A stretch of DNA of 41,445 nucleotides from Escherichia coli (GTDB lineage Bacteria; Pseudomonadota; Gammaproteobacteria; Enterobacterales; Enterobacteriaceae), in the NCBI RefSeq assembly GCF_016903815.1, contig NZ_CP069975.1; one strand, 5' to 3'. The notes under the pieces were generated by a model. The model worked only from the letters and a program-made list of their open reading frames with translations, searched no databases and was not told where the DNA came from. Shown here piece after piece: positions 9,550 through 18,770 of this stretch (position 1 is the stretch's first letter; the number at the start of each line of letters is the position of its first letter). The translations under genes were made by a program, and so were the position numbers.

Positions 9550-10431
9550 TCAGCGTCCTGAATCGGTATACCCCCATACAAAACCAGGTTGGACACTAAG
9601 GTCTGATAGCTTTTCAATCCCCACCTGTGGAATGAAGTCGGTAGCCCGAAAGGGCACCCACAGACGGGTATACGCACCCTCTGTGGACTCCTTTGTATCC
9701 TGGTTTGGGCATTTGTGCGGCGGGAGACGAAGACGCATTTCGCCTTTATCGATGTAGCACGGTAAACCATGTTCGAGCTTTTCATGAGCCAGCCGGATGT
9801 GTGCCGCCAGCTTCATAAATTCAGTATCAATGGCCATCCGTTTGATCGTTTCATAACGACGCTCAGCCTGCTCTTCACGAGTACCGCTAACATCGTTATA
9901 AAGTTCACACTGATAAGCGAATTCCCAAAAACGCAAATCAACGATCGCTTCTTTGAATTCCGCGTCGTCTTCAGGTGGCAATGCTGCTCGGCGCATCTCC
10001 AGCATTTCCATTGCCCAACCATCAAGCGGCACGATACGCCATTGATAAGGCACGCCCTCTACAGACACCTCAATATCGTCAATGAACGGTTCCACTTCCA
10101 GGACCTGGATATCTTCAGCCAGAGCATTCATATCGCAATCGTAATAATGCTCTTTACCGCAATGTTTACAGGTGTAGGTAAATGTCTCGATCGGTGTTTC
10201 GCGGGAGCCAGTAAATATCCACCATAACGCGGTAATCCGGTCCTGTGCCGTCCATTTCAGTGGATCATGTTTCGCAGCTTCAGCCAGCAAGGCTTTTAAA
10301 TACGCTGTTGTCTGCTGTTCTTGTTCCTCCGGTGTTATCGAGTTGAAACGCATCGCATCAGCAATATTTGGCTGACGGAACTGGATTAATTCAGTTGGCC
10401 GCGATGGTAGCGGGAAAAGGGGTAAAAGCAT
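9550..10431 (-). CDS. Structural/morphogenesis protein (P1 PmgB-like by position); Cys cluster CKHCGKEHYYDCD
   Basis: 293-aa ORF between sit and the tube-like gene; possible zinc-binding cysteines. Confidence 0.55.
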   Translation of the reverse strand: MLLPLFPLPSRPTELIQFRQPNIADAMRFNSITPEEQEQQTTAYLKALLAEAAKHDPLKWTAQDRITALWWIFTGSRETPIETFTYTCKHCGKEHYYDCDMNALAEDIQVLEVEPFIDDIEVSVEGVPYQWRIVPLDGWAMEMLEMRRAALPPEDDAEFKEAIVDLRFWEFAYQCELYNDVSGTREEQAERRYETIKRMAIDTEFMKLAAHIRLAHEKLEHGLPCYIDKGEMRLRLPPHKCPNQDTKESTEGAYTRLWVPFRATDFIPQVGIEKLSDLSVQPGFVWGYTDSGR

Positions 10432-10445
10432 CCTTGCTCCTTAAT

Positions 10446-11057
10446 TTAAAGCGAAAAACTAAAGCCCAGAAGGGAAGCTAAAGAACTTGAGGATTGGTTA
10501 AACGTGCTGTGCAACGCGAAGGTCATTGGGAATGACTTAAATTCCGTAACCTGATCCCGCGCATAGGTGACATCGCCGGTAGTGACCGGGAATACCGTCA
10601 TCTCATTTTCCAGTTTGGTTAAACCGGAGGACAGCAACCGATAAATACGCACATTGAGCAAATATTTAGACGGTATATTCCCGGTACCGTCCGGATTGAT
10701 CACCCGACTTTTTGCCGTCTTAAACCAGTCCAAAACGAGGCCATCAACGGTATCCCTGACCATCATTGTTATCTGCCCAGGCGAACGCTCCGTTGGCTGA
10801 AGGATATTCCCTCCGCCGATTTTAATCGTTTCATATTCGATGCTGTAATCGTGGTAGGTAATGTCTTTAGCAAAGAAGTCTGCCCCCTCCAGACCATCAA
10901 CTTCGACAGAGAACTGCCATCCTTGCGCGAACAGCATTTTGTTCATGATGATTGACGTCAGCTTACCAACTTCCCGCTCACCAACGCCGGAGCCAAATAA
11001 TGTCGTCGTTAATGCCGAAGATACATAAGACTTTACTGAAGCAACATTAAGCCCCAT
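10446..11057 (-). CDS. Tail tube-region structural protein (P1 Tub-like by position)
   Basis: 203-aa ORF; synteny only. Confidence 0.5.
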   Translation of the reverse strand: MGLNVASVKSYVSSALTTTLFGSGVGEREVGKLTSIIMNKMLFAQGWQFSVEVDGLEGADFFAKDITYHDYSIEYETIKIGGGNILQPTERSPGQITMMVRDTVDGLVLDWFKTAKSRVINPDGTGNIPSKYLLNVRIYRLLSSGLTKLENEMTVFPVTTGDVTYARDQVTEFKSFPMTFALHSTFNQSSSSLASLLGFSFSL

Positions 11058-11067
11058 ATCAGCCCCC

Positions 11068-11689
<622 letters not shown>

Positions 11690-11692
11690 AGG

Positions 11693-12169
11693 TCATTTTG
11701 CGCGCTTCAGGCAGCCATCTTCAGGTGCCGCGTTGAAAAGCTCTGCGGCCTTACGTAGCGTAAATGTTGCGATTTTTTTTCCGTCTACGTATGCATCGAA
11801 TGTTTTAACTTCCATATCAGGGGTATCTGACCAAAAACCATACCAGTAACTATCACCCACAGAGGAACCGATAGAACTGATAGGATATTCATCATCACCA
11901 ACTTTCAGCGTTATTTGTTCTTTTTTAGCATCAAATGACTCACCGCCAGGTTCTGTTTTCATGAGAGTGAGTAGTCGTGTTCCTACTTGATTGGGATCCG
12001 TATTATTAAATCCAACATCGCACTCAAATGTAAGCGTATAATTATCTTTGCTGGAAACAGCATAAGAACGAACACCATGAGTCTCGCCGGTTGACCATTT
12101 GCTTACATTTGCCATTGATGAAAACGGAGTAAGCAAAGCAAGAACTAGTAAAAATCGTTTGATGCGCAT
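11693..12169 (-). CDS. Secreted protein with N-terminal signal peptide (sim-region gene)
   Basis: 158-aa ORF; N-terminus MRIKRFLLVLALLTPFSSMA is a typical Sec signal peptide. Confidence 0.6.
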   Translation of the reverse strand: MRIKRFLLVLALLTPFSSMANVSKWSTGETHGVRSYAVSSKDNYTLTFECDVGFNNTDPNQVGTRLLTLMKTEPGGESFDAKKEQITLKVGDDEYPISSIGSSVGDSYWYGFWSDTPDMEVKTFDAYVDGKKIATFTLRKAAELFNAAPEDGCLKRAK

Positions 12170-12220
12170 TAATTTATCTCCTTTGGATATTAATATTTTA
12201 ATTAGTTAACCACCATATAT

Positions 12221-12868
12221 TCACCATTCATAGGGTAAATTAAGCGCTTTTAAACCTTGCTGGAAAGTATTAAGAGATCCGTTTTTTTGTTGTTCCATTT
12301 TTTCGCGTGCAGCTTTCTCATACTGCTCCATCCGTTGGTTATACTCTTGCAATTCCTCCGGGGAGAGGTTTCCCATTGGGGAGTTTGTACCCGGCCCCCT
12401 GGCTCGTTCTTCAAGCGTACCCTGTACGTTTTGATGGCGCATTCCTGGGGCATTTCTTATTGAGTCAATGCCATTTCTTCCAACATCTTCTTTATTAACG
12501 GCATTGCTCGCCACCAGCACACCCCAGCTAGGGATAGCAAAATCAGGAGCGGTTTCGCATGCCTTTACCATATAATCGAAAGTGCTTCGATTGATCTCGT
12601 TTGCGTCGGGATTTAACAGGCTAGAATATTGATATTTAGCATTTTCGTTGGTTGCGACTTTATACAGTTCTTGCTGCACCATCGCTTCAGAAAGTTTAAG
12701 GCGTTTCATATCTGACAGTAACTTCTTGCGCATGGATTCGTCTTGACTGACAGCAAAGCCGTAAACGTGCCCAAGGTATTTCGTATAATCGGTACAAATC
12801 TCCTTTACGCTTGATGCTGCATTAACAGTCCCAGCCATAAATAATAACGGTAGTAATAGTTTTCTCAT
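12221..12868 (-). CDS. Sim-like superinfection-exclusion periplasmic protein (signal peptide; shares a segment with Sit)
   Basis: ORF track 12221..12895; start placed at ATG 12868 (GGTGAGG RBS) giving signal peptide MRKLLLPLLFMAGTVNAAS. Mature part contains NAPGMRHQNVQGTLEERARGPGT, matching Sit residues GRGMRREVVQGTLEERARGKGT. Location between the tube-region genes and the immI-like region matches P1 sim. Confidence 0.6.
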   Translation of the reverse strand: MRKLLLPLLFMAGTVNAASSVKEICTDYTKYLGHVYGFAVSQDESMRKKLLSDMKRLKLSEAMVQQELYKVATNENAKYQYSSLLNPDANEINRSTFDYMVKACETAPDFAIPSWGVLVASNAVNKEDVGRNGIDSIRNAPGMRHQNVQGTLEERARGPGTNSPMGNLSPEELQEYNQRMEQYEKAAREKMEQQKNGSLNTFQQGLKALNLPYEW

Positions 12869-12964
12869 TATAACCTCACCTGCCTTATAACTCATTTAGG
12901 GTACATATTTTCGCCTTTAAAAAAAAGAGGTTATTAGATCCAATTGTGTATTTATTAAGCATGC

Positions 12965-12981
12965 AATGCTCTAATAAATTT
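12965..12981 (+). promoter_or_regulatory. C1-repressor operator-like 17-mer overlapping the -35 of the immI-like promoter
   Basis: AATGCTCTAATAAATTT is 16/17 to the P1 C1 operator consensus ATTGCTCTAATAAATTT as I recall it. ATGCTC, 17 bp, TAAGTC forms a plausible -35/-10. Confidence 0.6.
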
Positions 12982-13139
12982 GTATTTTTAAGTCGCGAAT
13001 GCTATCTTTTCGCATCATATTGACCTTTTAATCGTTCAGGCTTATAGTTCCGCCGTCGTAGCAAATTCTGCGACCGGGTTTAGCAGCCTGAATACTTACG
13101 CGGACAACCGCAGATTTCCGATATTGCGGTATTTTTGTG

Positions 13140-13240
13140 TCCGTAAACCACGTTACGCCCGAATTATGGTGGGGCGTGATGGGGAGGCTTCGGCCTGCTG
13201 GTTTCGTAAGTGCCAGTCTGCTAACCCCGTCACGTCCTGC
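13140..13240 (+). ncRNA. c4: c4-like antisense RNA region (immunity I), approximate boundaries
   Basis: Non-coding stretch between the operator and icd. Contains CTGCTAACC (13218-13226), complementary to the GTTTAGCAG elements at 13079-13087 and 13246-13254 in the icd leader. Boundaries are not determinable by eye. Confidence 0.4.
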
Positions 13241-13293
13241 CACCTGTTTAGCAGCGGGTCGCAGGTTGTTTATCAACTTACGAGGCCGTAACT

Positions 13294-13515
13294 ATGGTTA
13301 ATGCCAATCCTTGCGCACGCCAAGAATTCATCTGGCGTTTCTATTCCTGTAAAAAACACCACTATCACTTCGTTATCGCAGCAACAGAAGACGAAGCACG
13401 CTCTCAATTGCCTGATGGCCCCTGCATTTTTACTGCCCGTTTTTCAACTAACTCGCGCAATTCACTTAGTTACTGGAGCCTCCCCTTCTCTGCCGACGTT
13501 CAGGGGGGTTTATGA
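13294..13515 (+). CDS. icd: Icd-like small protein (interference with cell division), translationally coupled to ant
   Basis: 73-aa ORF; GAGG RBS 7 nt upstream; stop TGA overlaps the ant ATG (ATGA at 13512-13515). Confidence 0.6.
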   Translation: MVNANPCARQEFIWRFYSCKKHHYHFVIAATEDEARSQLPDGPCIFTARFSTNSRNSLSYWSLPFSADVQGGL

Positions 13516-14546
13516 AAACACCTCTCGTCACCCGTAATGAAATAGCCGAAGCGATCGCCTTGCATACTGCCTGTATGCCGACACGGGAGATCCCCGGCGC
13601 AATTGCTAACTATTTCATGATAACCAGACGTTTTTATACCCGAACAGATAAGGCTGTGATCAACAGGCTACTGATAGCCGAGATCAGGGATTATTTGATT
13701 GAACAAGGACGTCTACGTTACGCAACAGTGGCAGCAGAAATGAGAAAGGAGGCACATAGAATGACCGGTAATAATTTAAATGTTGAAAAACCAGCACCTG
13801 TTGCTTCAGCTACGCCAGCACCAGCCCTGAATGTCATCTCCAACACCGGAGACACAATCGACAGCCAAACATTGTTGAAGATGGTCAATGAGGCACGGAA
13901 ATTATGTAGCGAAAAACCAGTTCGCAACAATGATTTCATTGCCAGAGTTAAGGATGAGCTTGAAGGAGAAACCTACGAAATTTTCGTAGGTCAAAAAAAC
14001 GGCGCAGAAATAGATATTATAACCATGACCTACAAACAAGCCCTGCGAGTTGCCGCGCGCGAGTCAAAAGCGGTCCGCCGTTCGCTGATCGACAAACTGG
14101 AAGAATTACAGCAGGCAAACTCCCCTACCCCATCGATCCCCCAGACATTACCAGAAGCCCTACGCCTGGCTGCCGAGTTAGCAGAACAGAAAATGCAGTT
14201 GGAACAACAGCTGGTGGCCGCAGCCCCTAAAGTCGATTTTGCCGACCGGGTATCAGTGGCCAATGGAATCCTGATCGGGAACTTTGCAAAGGTCGTTGGA
14301 CTTAAGCAAAACGCCCTTTTCTCATGGTTGCGCCAGAATGGCATTCTCATGGCTTTTGGAGCGCGCAAAAACGTACCGCGCCAACAGTACATCAACGCCG
14401 GGTATTTCACGGTGAAAGAAGTGGTGCTGGATGATGAAAATGGCTACCAGATACGGCTGACGCCCCAATTAACGGGTAAAGGCCAGCAGTGGTTAACTCG
14501 CAAGCTACTTGATGCTGGTTTGTTAAAACCAGTAGCAATAGGTTAA
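13512..14546 (+). CDS. ant: Antirepressor Ant with C-terminal KilAC-type domain
   Basis: 344-aa ORF; C-terminal ~130 aa (LPEALRLAAELAEQK...GKGQQWL) is about 65% identical to the C-terminus of the downstream KilA-like protein. Confidence 0.7.
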   Translation: MKTPLVTRNEIAEAIALHTACMPTREIPGAIANYFMITRRFYTRTDKAVINRLLIAEIRDYLIEQGRLRYATVAAEMRKEAHRMTGNNLNVEKPAPVASATPAPALNVISNTGDTIDSQTLLKMVNEARKLCSEKPVRNNDFIARVKDELEGETYEIFVGQKNGAEIDIITMTYKQALRVAARESKAVRRSLIDKLEELQQANSPTPSIPQTLPEALRLAAELAEQKMQLEQQLVAAAPKVDFADRVSVANGILIGNFAKVVGLKQNALFSWLRQNGILMAFGARKNVPRQQYINAGYFTVKEVVLDDENGYQIRLTPQLTGKGQQWLTRKLLDAGLLKPVAIG

Positions 14547-14559
14547 CAAAAGAAAAAAA

Positions 14560-14584
14560 CCTGCCAGCAAACTGGCAGGTTTCT
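14560..14584 (+). terminator. Rho-independent terminator after ant
   Basis: CCTGCCAG-CAAA-CTGGCAGG stem-loop followed by TTTCT. Confidence 0.7.
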
Positions 14585-14624
14585 GAGCAGATCGTCCAAC
14601 CCGATCTGGATCGAGTCAGAAAAA

Positions 14625-14641
14625 TTTGCTCTAATAAATTT
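14625..14641 (+). promoter_or_regulatory. C1 operator-like 17-mer overlapping the -35 of the kilA-repL promoter
   Basis: TTTGCTCTAATAAATTT (16/17 to consensus). TTGCTC, 17 bp, TAAGTG; 70 bp upstream of kilA. Confidence 0.6.
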
Positions 14642-14710
14642 CGTTTTCTAAGTGCAAAGAATCACCATTTCGAGCTGGTGATTGAAGGTTGATGCAAATT
14701 TGGAGAAAAA

Positions 14711-15511
14711 ATGCAACAAACATTCAATGCGGATATGAATATATCAAACCTTCATCAAAATGTCGATCCTTCAACCACTCTGCCCGTTATTTGTGGTGTT
14801 GAAATTACGACCGACCGCGCTGGCCGTTACAACCTTAATGCTCTACACAGAGCGAGCGGACTCGGTGCCCATAAAGCGCCAGCTCAATGGCTAAGAACGC
14901 TGTCAGCAAAACAGCTCATCGAAGAGCTTGAAAAAGAAACTATGCAGAATTGCATAGTTTCGTTCGAAGGCCGTGGCGGCGGCACTTTTGCCCATGAATT
15001 GCTCGCTGTGGAGTACGCAGGCTGGATTTCTCCCGCGTTTCGGCTGAAGGTAAACCAGACATTTATCGACTATCGAGCCGGAAGATTACAACCTGCTATT
15101 CCGCAGAGTCTCCCTGAAGCTCTCCGTTTGGCTGCCGACCTGGCAGAGCAAAAGCAACGGCTGGAGCAAAAAATGCTTATGGATGCACCTAAAGTCGAAT
15201 TCGCCGAACGCGTTGCTACCGCCAGCGGGGTTCTAATCGGCAACTATGCCAAAGTGCTCGGCCTGGGCCAAAACTATCTCTTCACCTGGTTGCGTGATAA
15301 CGGAATTCTGATCGCAACCGGTGAACGCAGGAACGTCCCCAAACAAGAATACATATCCCGTGGGTATTTCACCCTTAAAGAAACCGTGATCGATACAAGC
15401 AATGGAAGCAGGATTTCTTTCACGACTCGTATAACCGGCAAAGGTCAGCAGTGGCTGATGAAGCGATTGCTTGATGCTGGTGTGCTGGTACCTGTCGCGG
15501 CAACGCGCTAA
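14711..15511 (+). CDS. kilA: KilA-like protein (KilA-N domain plus KilAC domain)
   Basis: 266-aa ORF; GGAGA RBS; N-terminal KilA-N-like segment; C-terminal domain paralogous to Ant. Confidence 0.7.
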   Translation: MQQTFNADMNISNLHQNVDPSTTLPVICGVEITTDRAGRYNLNALHRASGLGAHKAPAQWLRTLSAKQLIEELEKETMQNCIVSFEGRGGGTFAHELLAVEYAGWISPAFRLKVNQTFIDYRAGRLQPAIPQSLPEALRLAADLAEQKQRLEQKMLMDAPKVEFAERVATASGVLIGNYAKVLGLGQNYLFTWLRDNGILIATGERRNVPKQEYISRGYFTLKETVIDTSNGSRISFTTRITGKGQQWLMKRLLDAGVLVPVAATR

Positions 15512-15540
15512 CAGACGTAGTAAGAACCACCAGCATTGTA

Positions 15541-16386
15541 ATGCTGGCTAAAGTCACTTTCCTGAGCTGTATAACGATGAGCGATTTTACTTTTTCTGGC
15601 TATGAATTGGCCTGCTTTGTAACACACTCCGGTCTATCCCGTAGCACCTGGCATATCCTGTCGCAATGTGCAAATCTCGCGGCAACAACCAGTGAATACT
15701 TCATTCACAAGCCTCACCGCCTGATCGCGGCAGAAACTGGTTATAGCCAATCAACCGTCGTTCGTGCATTCCGTGAAGCTGTAAACAAAGGAATTCTGTC
15801 TGTAGAGATTGTTATCGGCGATCACCGTGAACGTCGCGCTAACCTGTACCGGTTTACGCCATCCTTTTTGGCCTTCGCACAACAAGCCAAAAATGCGCTG
15901 ATTGAAAGCAAATTAAAGATCTCTTCAGCGGCAACCAAGGTTAAAGCTGTTCTCGCTAAGACATTGGCTTTATTTAATTTTTTATCCACACCCCCATGTC
16001 AAAATGATACCCCCTCCCCCTGTCAGGATGACGTGGCAATAAAGAATAAGAAGTCACAAGTTAAAAAAACAAAAAGATCAGTTTCCGGCGGTGCCGGAAC
16101 GAGCAGACTCAAAAAATTGACTTCATGGATCGCTGAGGCAAAAGCAAAGGCTGACAATCTGCGGTTATCCAAAAAGCGCGCTCAAAAACATGAGTTCAAG
16201 CAGAAAGTAGAGGCGGCAGCGCGGAAATATGCTTACCTGAAGAACAAGCGTTCTCCTGATATTGGCGGGGTATCAAACTTCGATAATTTGCCGCATTGCA
16301 TGACGGTAAACGAAGCTCTTAATGCGGTTTTAGCCAAAAATAAAGATAACGAACAATGGGGTATACCGGCAGGATTCAGAGGGTGA
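15541..16386 (+). CDS. repL: RepL-like lytic replication initiator
   Basis: 281-aa ORF immediately after kilA under the same operator-controlled promoter, as in the P1 lytic replicon; basic C-terminal half. The alternative start at ATG 15577 cannot be excluded. Confidence 0.6.
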   Translation: MLAKVTFLSCITMSDFTFSGYELACFVTHSGLSRSTWHILSQCANLAATTSEYFIHKPHRLIAAETGYSQSTVVRAFREAVNKGILSVEIVIGDHRERRANLYRFTPSFLAFAQQAKNALIESKLKISSAATKVKAVLAKTLALFNFLSTPPCQNDTPSPCQDDVAIKNKKSQVKKTKRSVSGGAGTSRLKKLTSWIAEAKAKADNLRLSKKRAQKHEFKQKVEAAARKYAYLKNKRSPDIGGVSNFDNLPHCMTVNEALNAVLAKNKDNEQWGIPAGFRG

Positions 16387-16436
16387 TAGATTGCTCTAAT
16401 CTGGAGTCACCTGGCGTTTTCAGTTTGAGGTCGGAG

Positions 16437-16682
16437 ATGCAATCTGATTTTTTACAGTTAGCGATCGCTTTTGCAGGATATGTTTGTATTGGCTTCTGTG
16501 TATACATGATCAGCCGAAAAATGCTTGTCGATATCGACCGCAAAGAACAAGCAGAGGAGATCTTAGAATGGATTTTCTTTGGCGCGGTCTGGCCATTAGG
16601 GATCATGTTTGCTGCAACATTTCTTCTGATGTGGATATTCACCCTTCCAGGTGATTTCTATAGAAAAAAAGCCAGACATTGA
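16437..16682 (+). CDS. Small membrane protein (two predicted TM helices)
   Basis: ORF track 16356..16682; start placed at ATG 16437 directly after GGAG. Hydrophobic segments LAIAFAGYVCIGFCVYMI and IFFGAVWPLGIMFAATFLLMWIF. Confidence 0.4.
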   Translation: MQSDFLQLAIAFAGYVCIGFCVYMISRKMLVDIDRKEQAEEILEWIFFGAVWPLGIMFAATFLLMWIFTLPGDFYRKKARH

Positions 16683-16864
16683 TACAATCGTTGCGGGTGC
16701 TTGAGGCTATCTGCTTCAGGCATTACCCGAAAAGCAGATAGAAGAAAGCCCCAGATAACATTACGCGTCCTGCAAGACGCTTAACATTAATCTGAGGCCA
16801 TATCTATGCTTAGCATACGTAGATTAACCCTCTCCCCTTTTAAGGAGCAAGGAATTTTTTACTG

Positions 16865-17461
16865 CTATGCCGCATTTCCAATTATGGATTCAGCGACCAG
16901 AACAACCCCATGCTTACTTCGATCTGGGTGTTCACTCCATATCTCGGATTCAGGAATACTTACCCCGTCATAGCAAACACGTTCGCCGTCAAACGGGTAA
17001 TACTGAGCGGCATCGGTGTCAAGGATAAACACTTTTAGCTCGGAAGAGCGACGGGCGATGTGTTGCCAAAGAGCTTTTCCACCTTCGTATTGCTCATTAT
17101 CACTGAGCAAAACAACACCAGCTTTTGAGGCTACGGTTTCGTAAACAAAAGTAGCTAAACCGACATCCCGGACGGTTCCATCAACCACGATACCTTCAAT
17201 CTGGGCAACATCGCTATCCTCCCAGAACTTCCTTACCAGTACGCCTTCAAGCTGCGGGCGACGTTGAAGTTCAAGAGTAGCGACAACCTTATGGCGCATA
17301 TCACCATCGATAACAGAAGGCGCAGCCTCTATTACAGCTGCAAATGGGGTTTTGGAATCCCATATAACCTGGTAAAGCACACCCTGGATGGTAACTCCGT
17401 CCAGGATCGAAAATCGACGAGCGACAGTACCCGGGGAGTACGACATTGGAATCACAGCCAT
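16865..17461 (-). CDS. Hypothetical protein (P1 PmgF-like by position)
   Basis: ORF track 16865..17497; start placed at ATG 17461 with strong RBS AAGGGGGA. Confidence 0.5.
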   Translation of the reverse strand: MAVIPMSYSPGTVARRFSILDGVTIQGVLYQVIWDSKTPFAAVIEAAPSVIDGDMRHKVVATLELQRRPQLEGVLVRKFWEDSDVAQIEGIVVDGTVRDVGLATFVYETVASKAGVVLLSDNEQYEGGKALWQHIARRSSELKVFILDTDAAQYYPFDGERVCYDGVSIPESEIWSEHPDRSKHGVVLVAESIIGNAA

Positions 17462-17590
17462 TTTAGAGTCCCCCTTTAACAGTACAGGCACAAACATCTA
17501 CCTCAATAATTGTAGTTTATTAGAACATTAATAATCTAACATAAAACTCAAGACAATGTTATCGATGCATTCTTATATAAAATAGTTATA

Positions 17591-17616
17591 AAAAAAGCTC
17601 CCGAAGGAGCTTTAAA
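17591..17616 (-). terminator. Rho-independent terminator ending the head/sheath operon
   Basis: On the minus strand AAGCTCC-TTCG-GGAGCTT followed by TTTTTTT; lies after the stop of the 17633..18142 gene. Confidence 0.7.
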
Positions 17617-17632
17617 ATACAAGGGATGACTC

Positions 17633-18142
17633 TTAATCCCACTCAATCCAGTTGTAGACGATACGAAGTGACGGGCGCACAGCGGCAGTCACATCTTCGG
17701 TACTAAAGTCGATTGCATCACTGTAGATTTTGCAGTCCAACATTTCAATTGTTGTAGCAGCTTTTGTCACAGCGTTAACCCCGGAAGATTTGGATTCAGG
17801 GGTAGCAGCCATCGTGATATCAACATAGTCCTTCGCCGCAATGCGATCCTTGATGAACTGAAGAATATCGCCTTCGATAGTCTCCACGCACTGGACCTGG
17901 ATTTCCCCAGAGTTTCGAATTGGTCCGTGCTGGTTGAACTTCACACCATTCGGACCATAGTCCTCCACATCCTCGCGTGTCATTTCAGGGATTTGCGACG
18001 TGCGAACCAGTACGCTGATATCTTCATGGCCTGCAAAAGTGAGCTGGAATTCAGAAGATACCAGTCGTTCGCCTTTGGCCGCGTTGGCAGTATAGCGGCC
18101 CTTAATAAATTTACGGTTTCCCTTAGTGTTATTGTGCCCCAT
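17633..18142 (-). CDS. Tail/baseplate structural protein (P1 BplB-like by position)
   Basis: 169-aa ORF, last gene of the minus-strand operon starting at the 23004-23028 promoter. Confidence 0.5.
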   Translation of the reverse strand: MGHNNTKGNRKFIKGRYTANAAKGERLVSSEFQLTFAGHEDISVLVRTSQIPEMTREDVEDYGPNGVKFNQHGPIRNSGEIQVQCVETIEGDILQFIKDRIAAKDYVDITMAATPESKSSGVNAVTKAATTIEMLDCKIYSDAIDFSTEDVTAAVRPSLRIVYNWIEWD

Positions 18143-18153
18143 ATAAAATCCTT

Positions 18154-18735
18154 TTACTGGAACGCCCGAACAATATCGGAGCTGTTATATATCGAAGAAC
18201 CGGTCAACTGGAGGTTGACGGTGTTTTTCAGGAAATATCCATTACTGTCCCTTGGCGCATCGAGATCAAAACTTAAGTCCTGGATGGCGACATCGGTGAT
18301 GTTGATCCGGCGACCAATGTTTAGCGTCACGCGCTCCGGGATTCGACCACCAACATTGGCCGCTTTTAGTTCCGGGCTAATCATGGCTGTCAACGCGGCG
18401 ATAGCGCCTGAAACTTCAATGAATGGATTGTTCAAAGCAATGAAAGTTACAGGCAGCGTGAACGTCGGCGGAGTCCCCCCTTCCCAAACCATTAAGCTAT
18501 TCCAACGGGCAACCGACGTTGTTTCAGTACCTACTTGCACAAAACCACCCAGAGCACCAGAAACAGATCCCATGGACATACCGGTAAACGGCGCTTCCCA
18601 ATTCTGGGCCATGTTCATTGCCGCTCCCTGGCTGATATATCCGGTAACCTGGTACTGAGAGTTCGTTAAAGTAACTTTCAGAAATGGCGATACACCGTCA
18701 GCCTGGCTGTAAACCCCATAAGGTATAGGTGCCAT
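18154..18735 (-). CDS. Structural/morphogenesis protein (P1 PmgG-like by position)
   Basis: 193-aa ORF in the structural operon. Confidence 0.5.
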   Translation of the reverse strand: MAPIPYGVYSQADGVSPFLKVTLTNSQYQVTGYISQGAAMNMAQNWEAPFTGMSMGSVSGALGGFVQVGTETTSVARWNSLMVWEGGTPPTFTLPVTFIALNNPFIEVSGAIAALTAMISPELKAANVGGRIPERVTLNIGRRINITDVAIQDLSFDLDAPRDSNGYFLKNTVNLQLTGSSIYNSSDIVRAFQ

Positions 18736-18770
18736 TCAAGTTAAAGGCCGGAGTTCTCCGGCCTCCTCCT

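Noticed and set aside
9480-9785. 101-aa minus-strand ORF
   Set aside because: Overlaps the 3' end of the pmgB-like gene in another frame and the sit upstream region; no independent support.
13028-13276. 82-aa minus-strand ORF
   Set aside because: Covers the c4-like antisense RNA and its target elements; the region is better explained as structured RNA.
14030-14410. 126-aa minus-strand ORF
   Set aside because: Antisense within ant; Cys/Arg/Ala-rich composition typical of a spurious frame.
17927-18658. 243-aa plus-strand ORF
   Set aside because: Antisense across two tightly packed structural genes on the minus strand.
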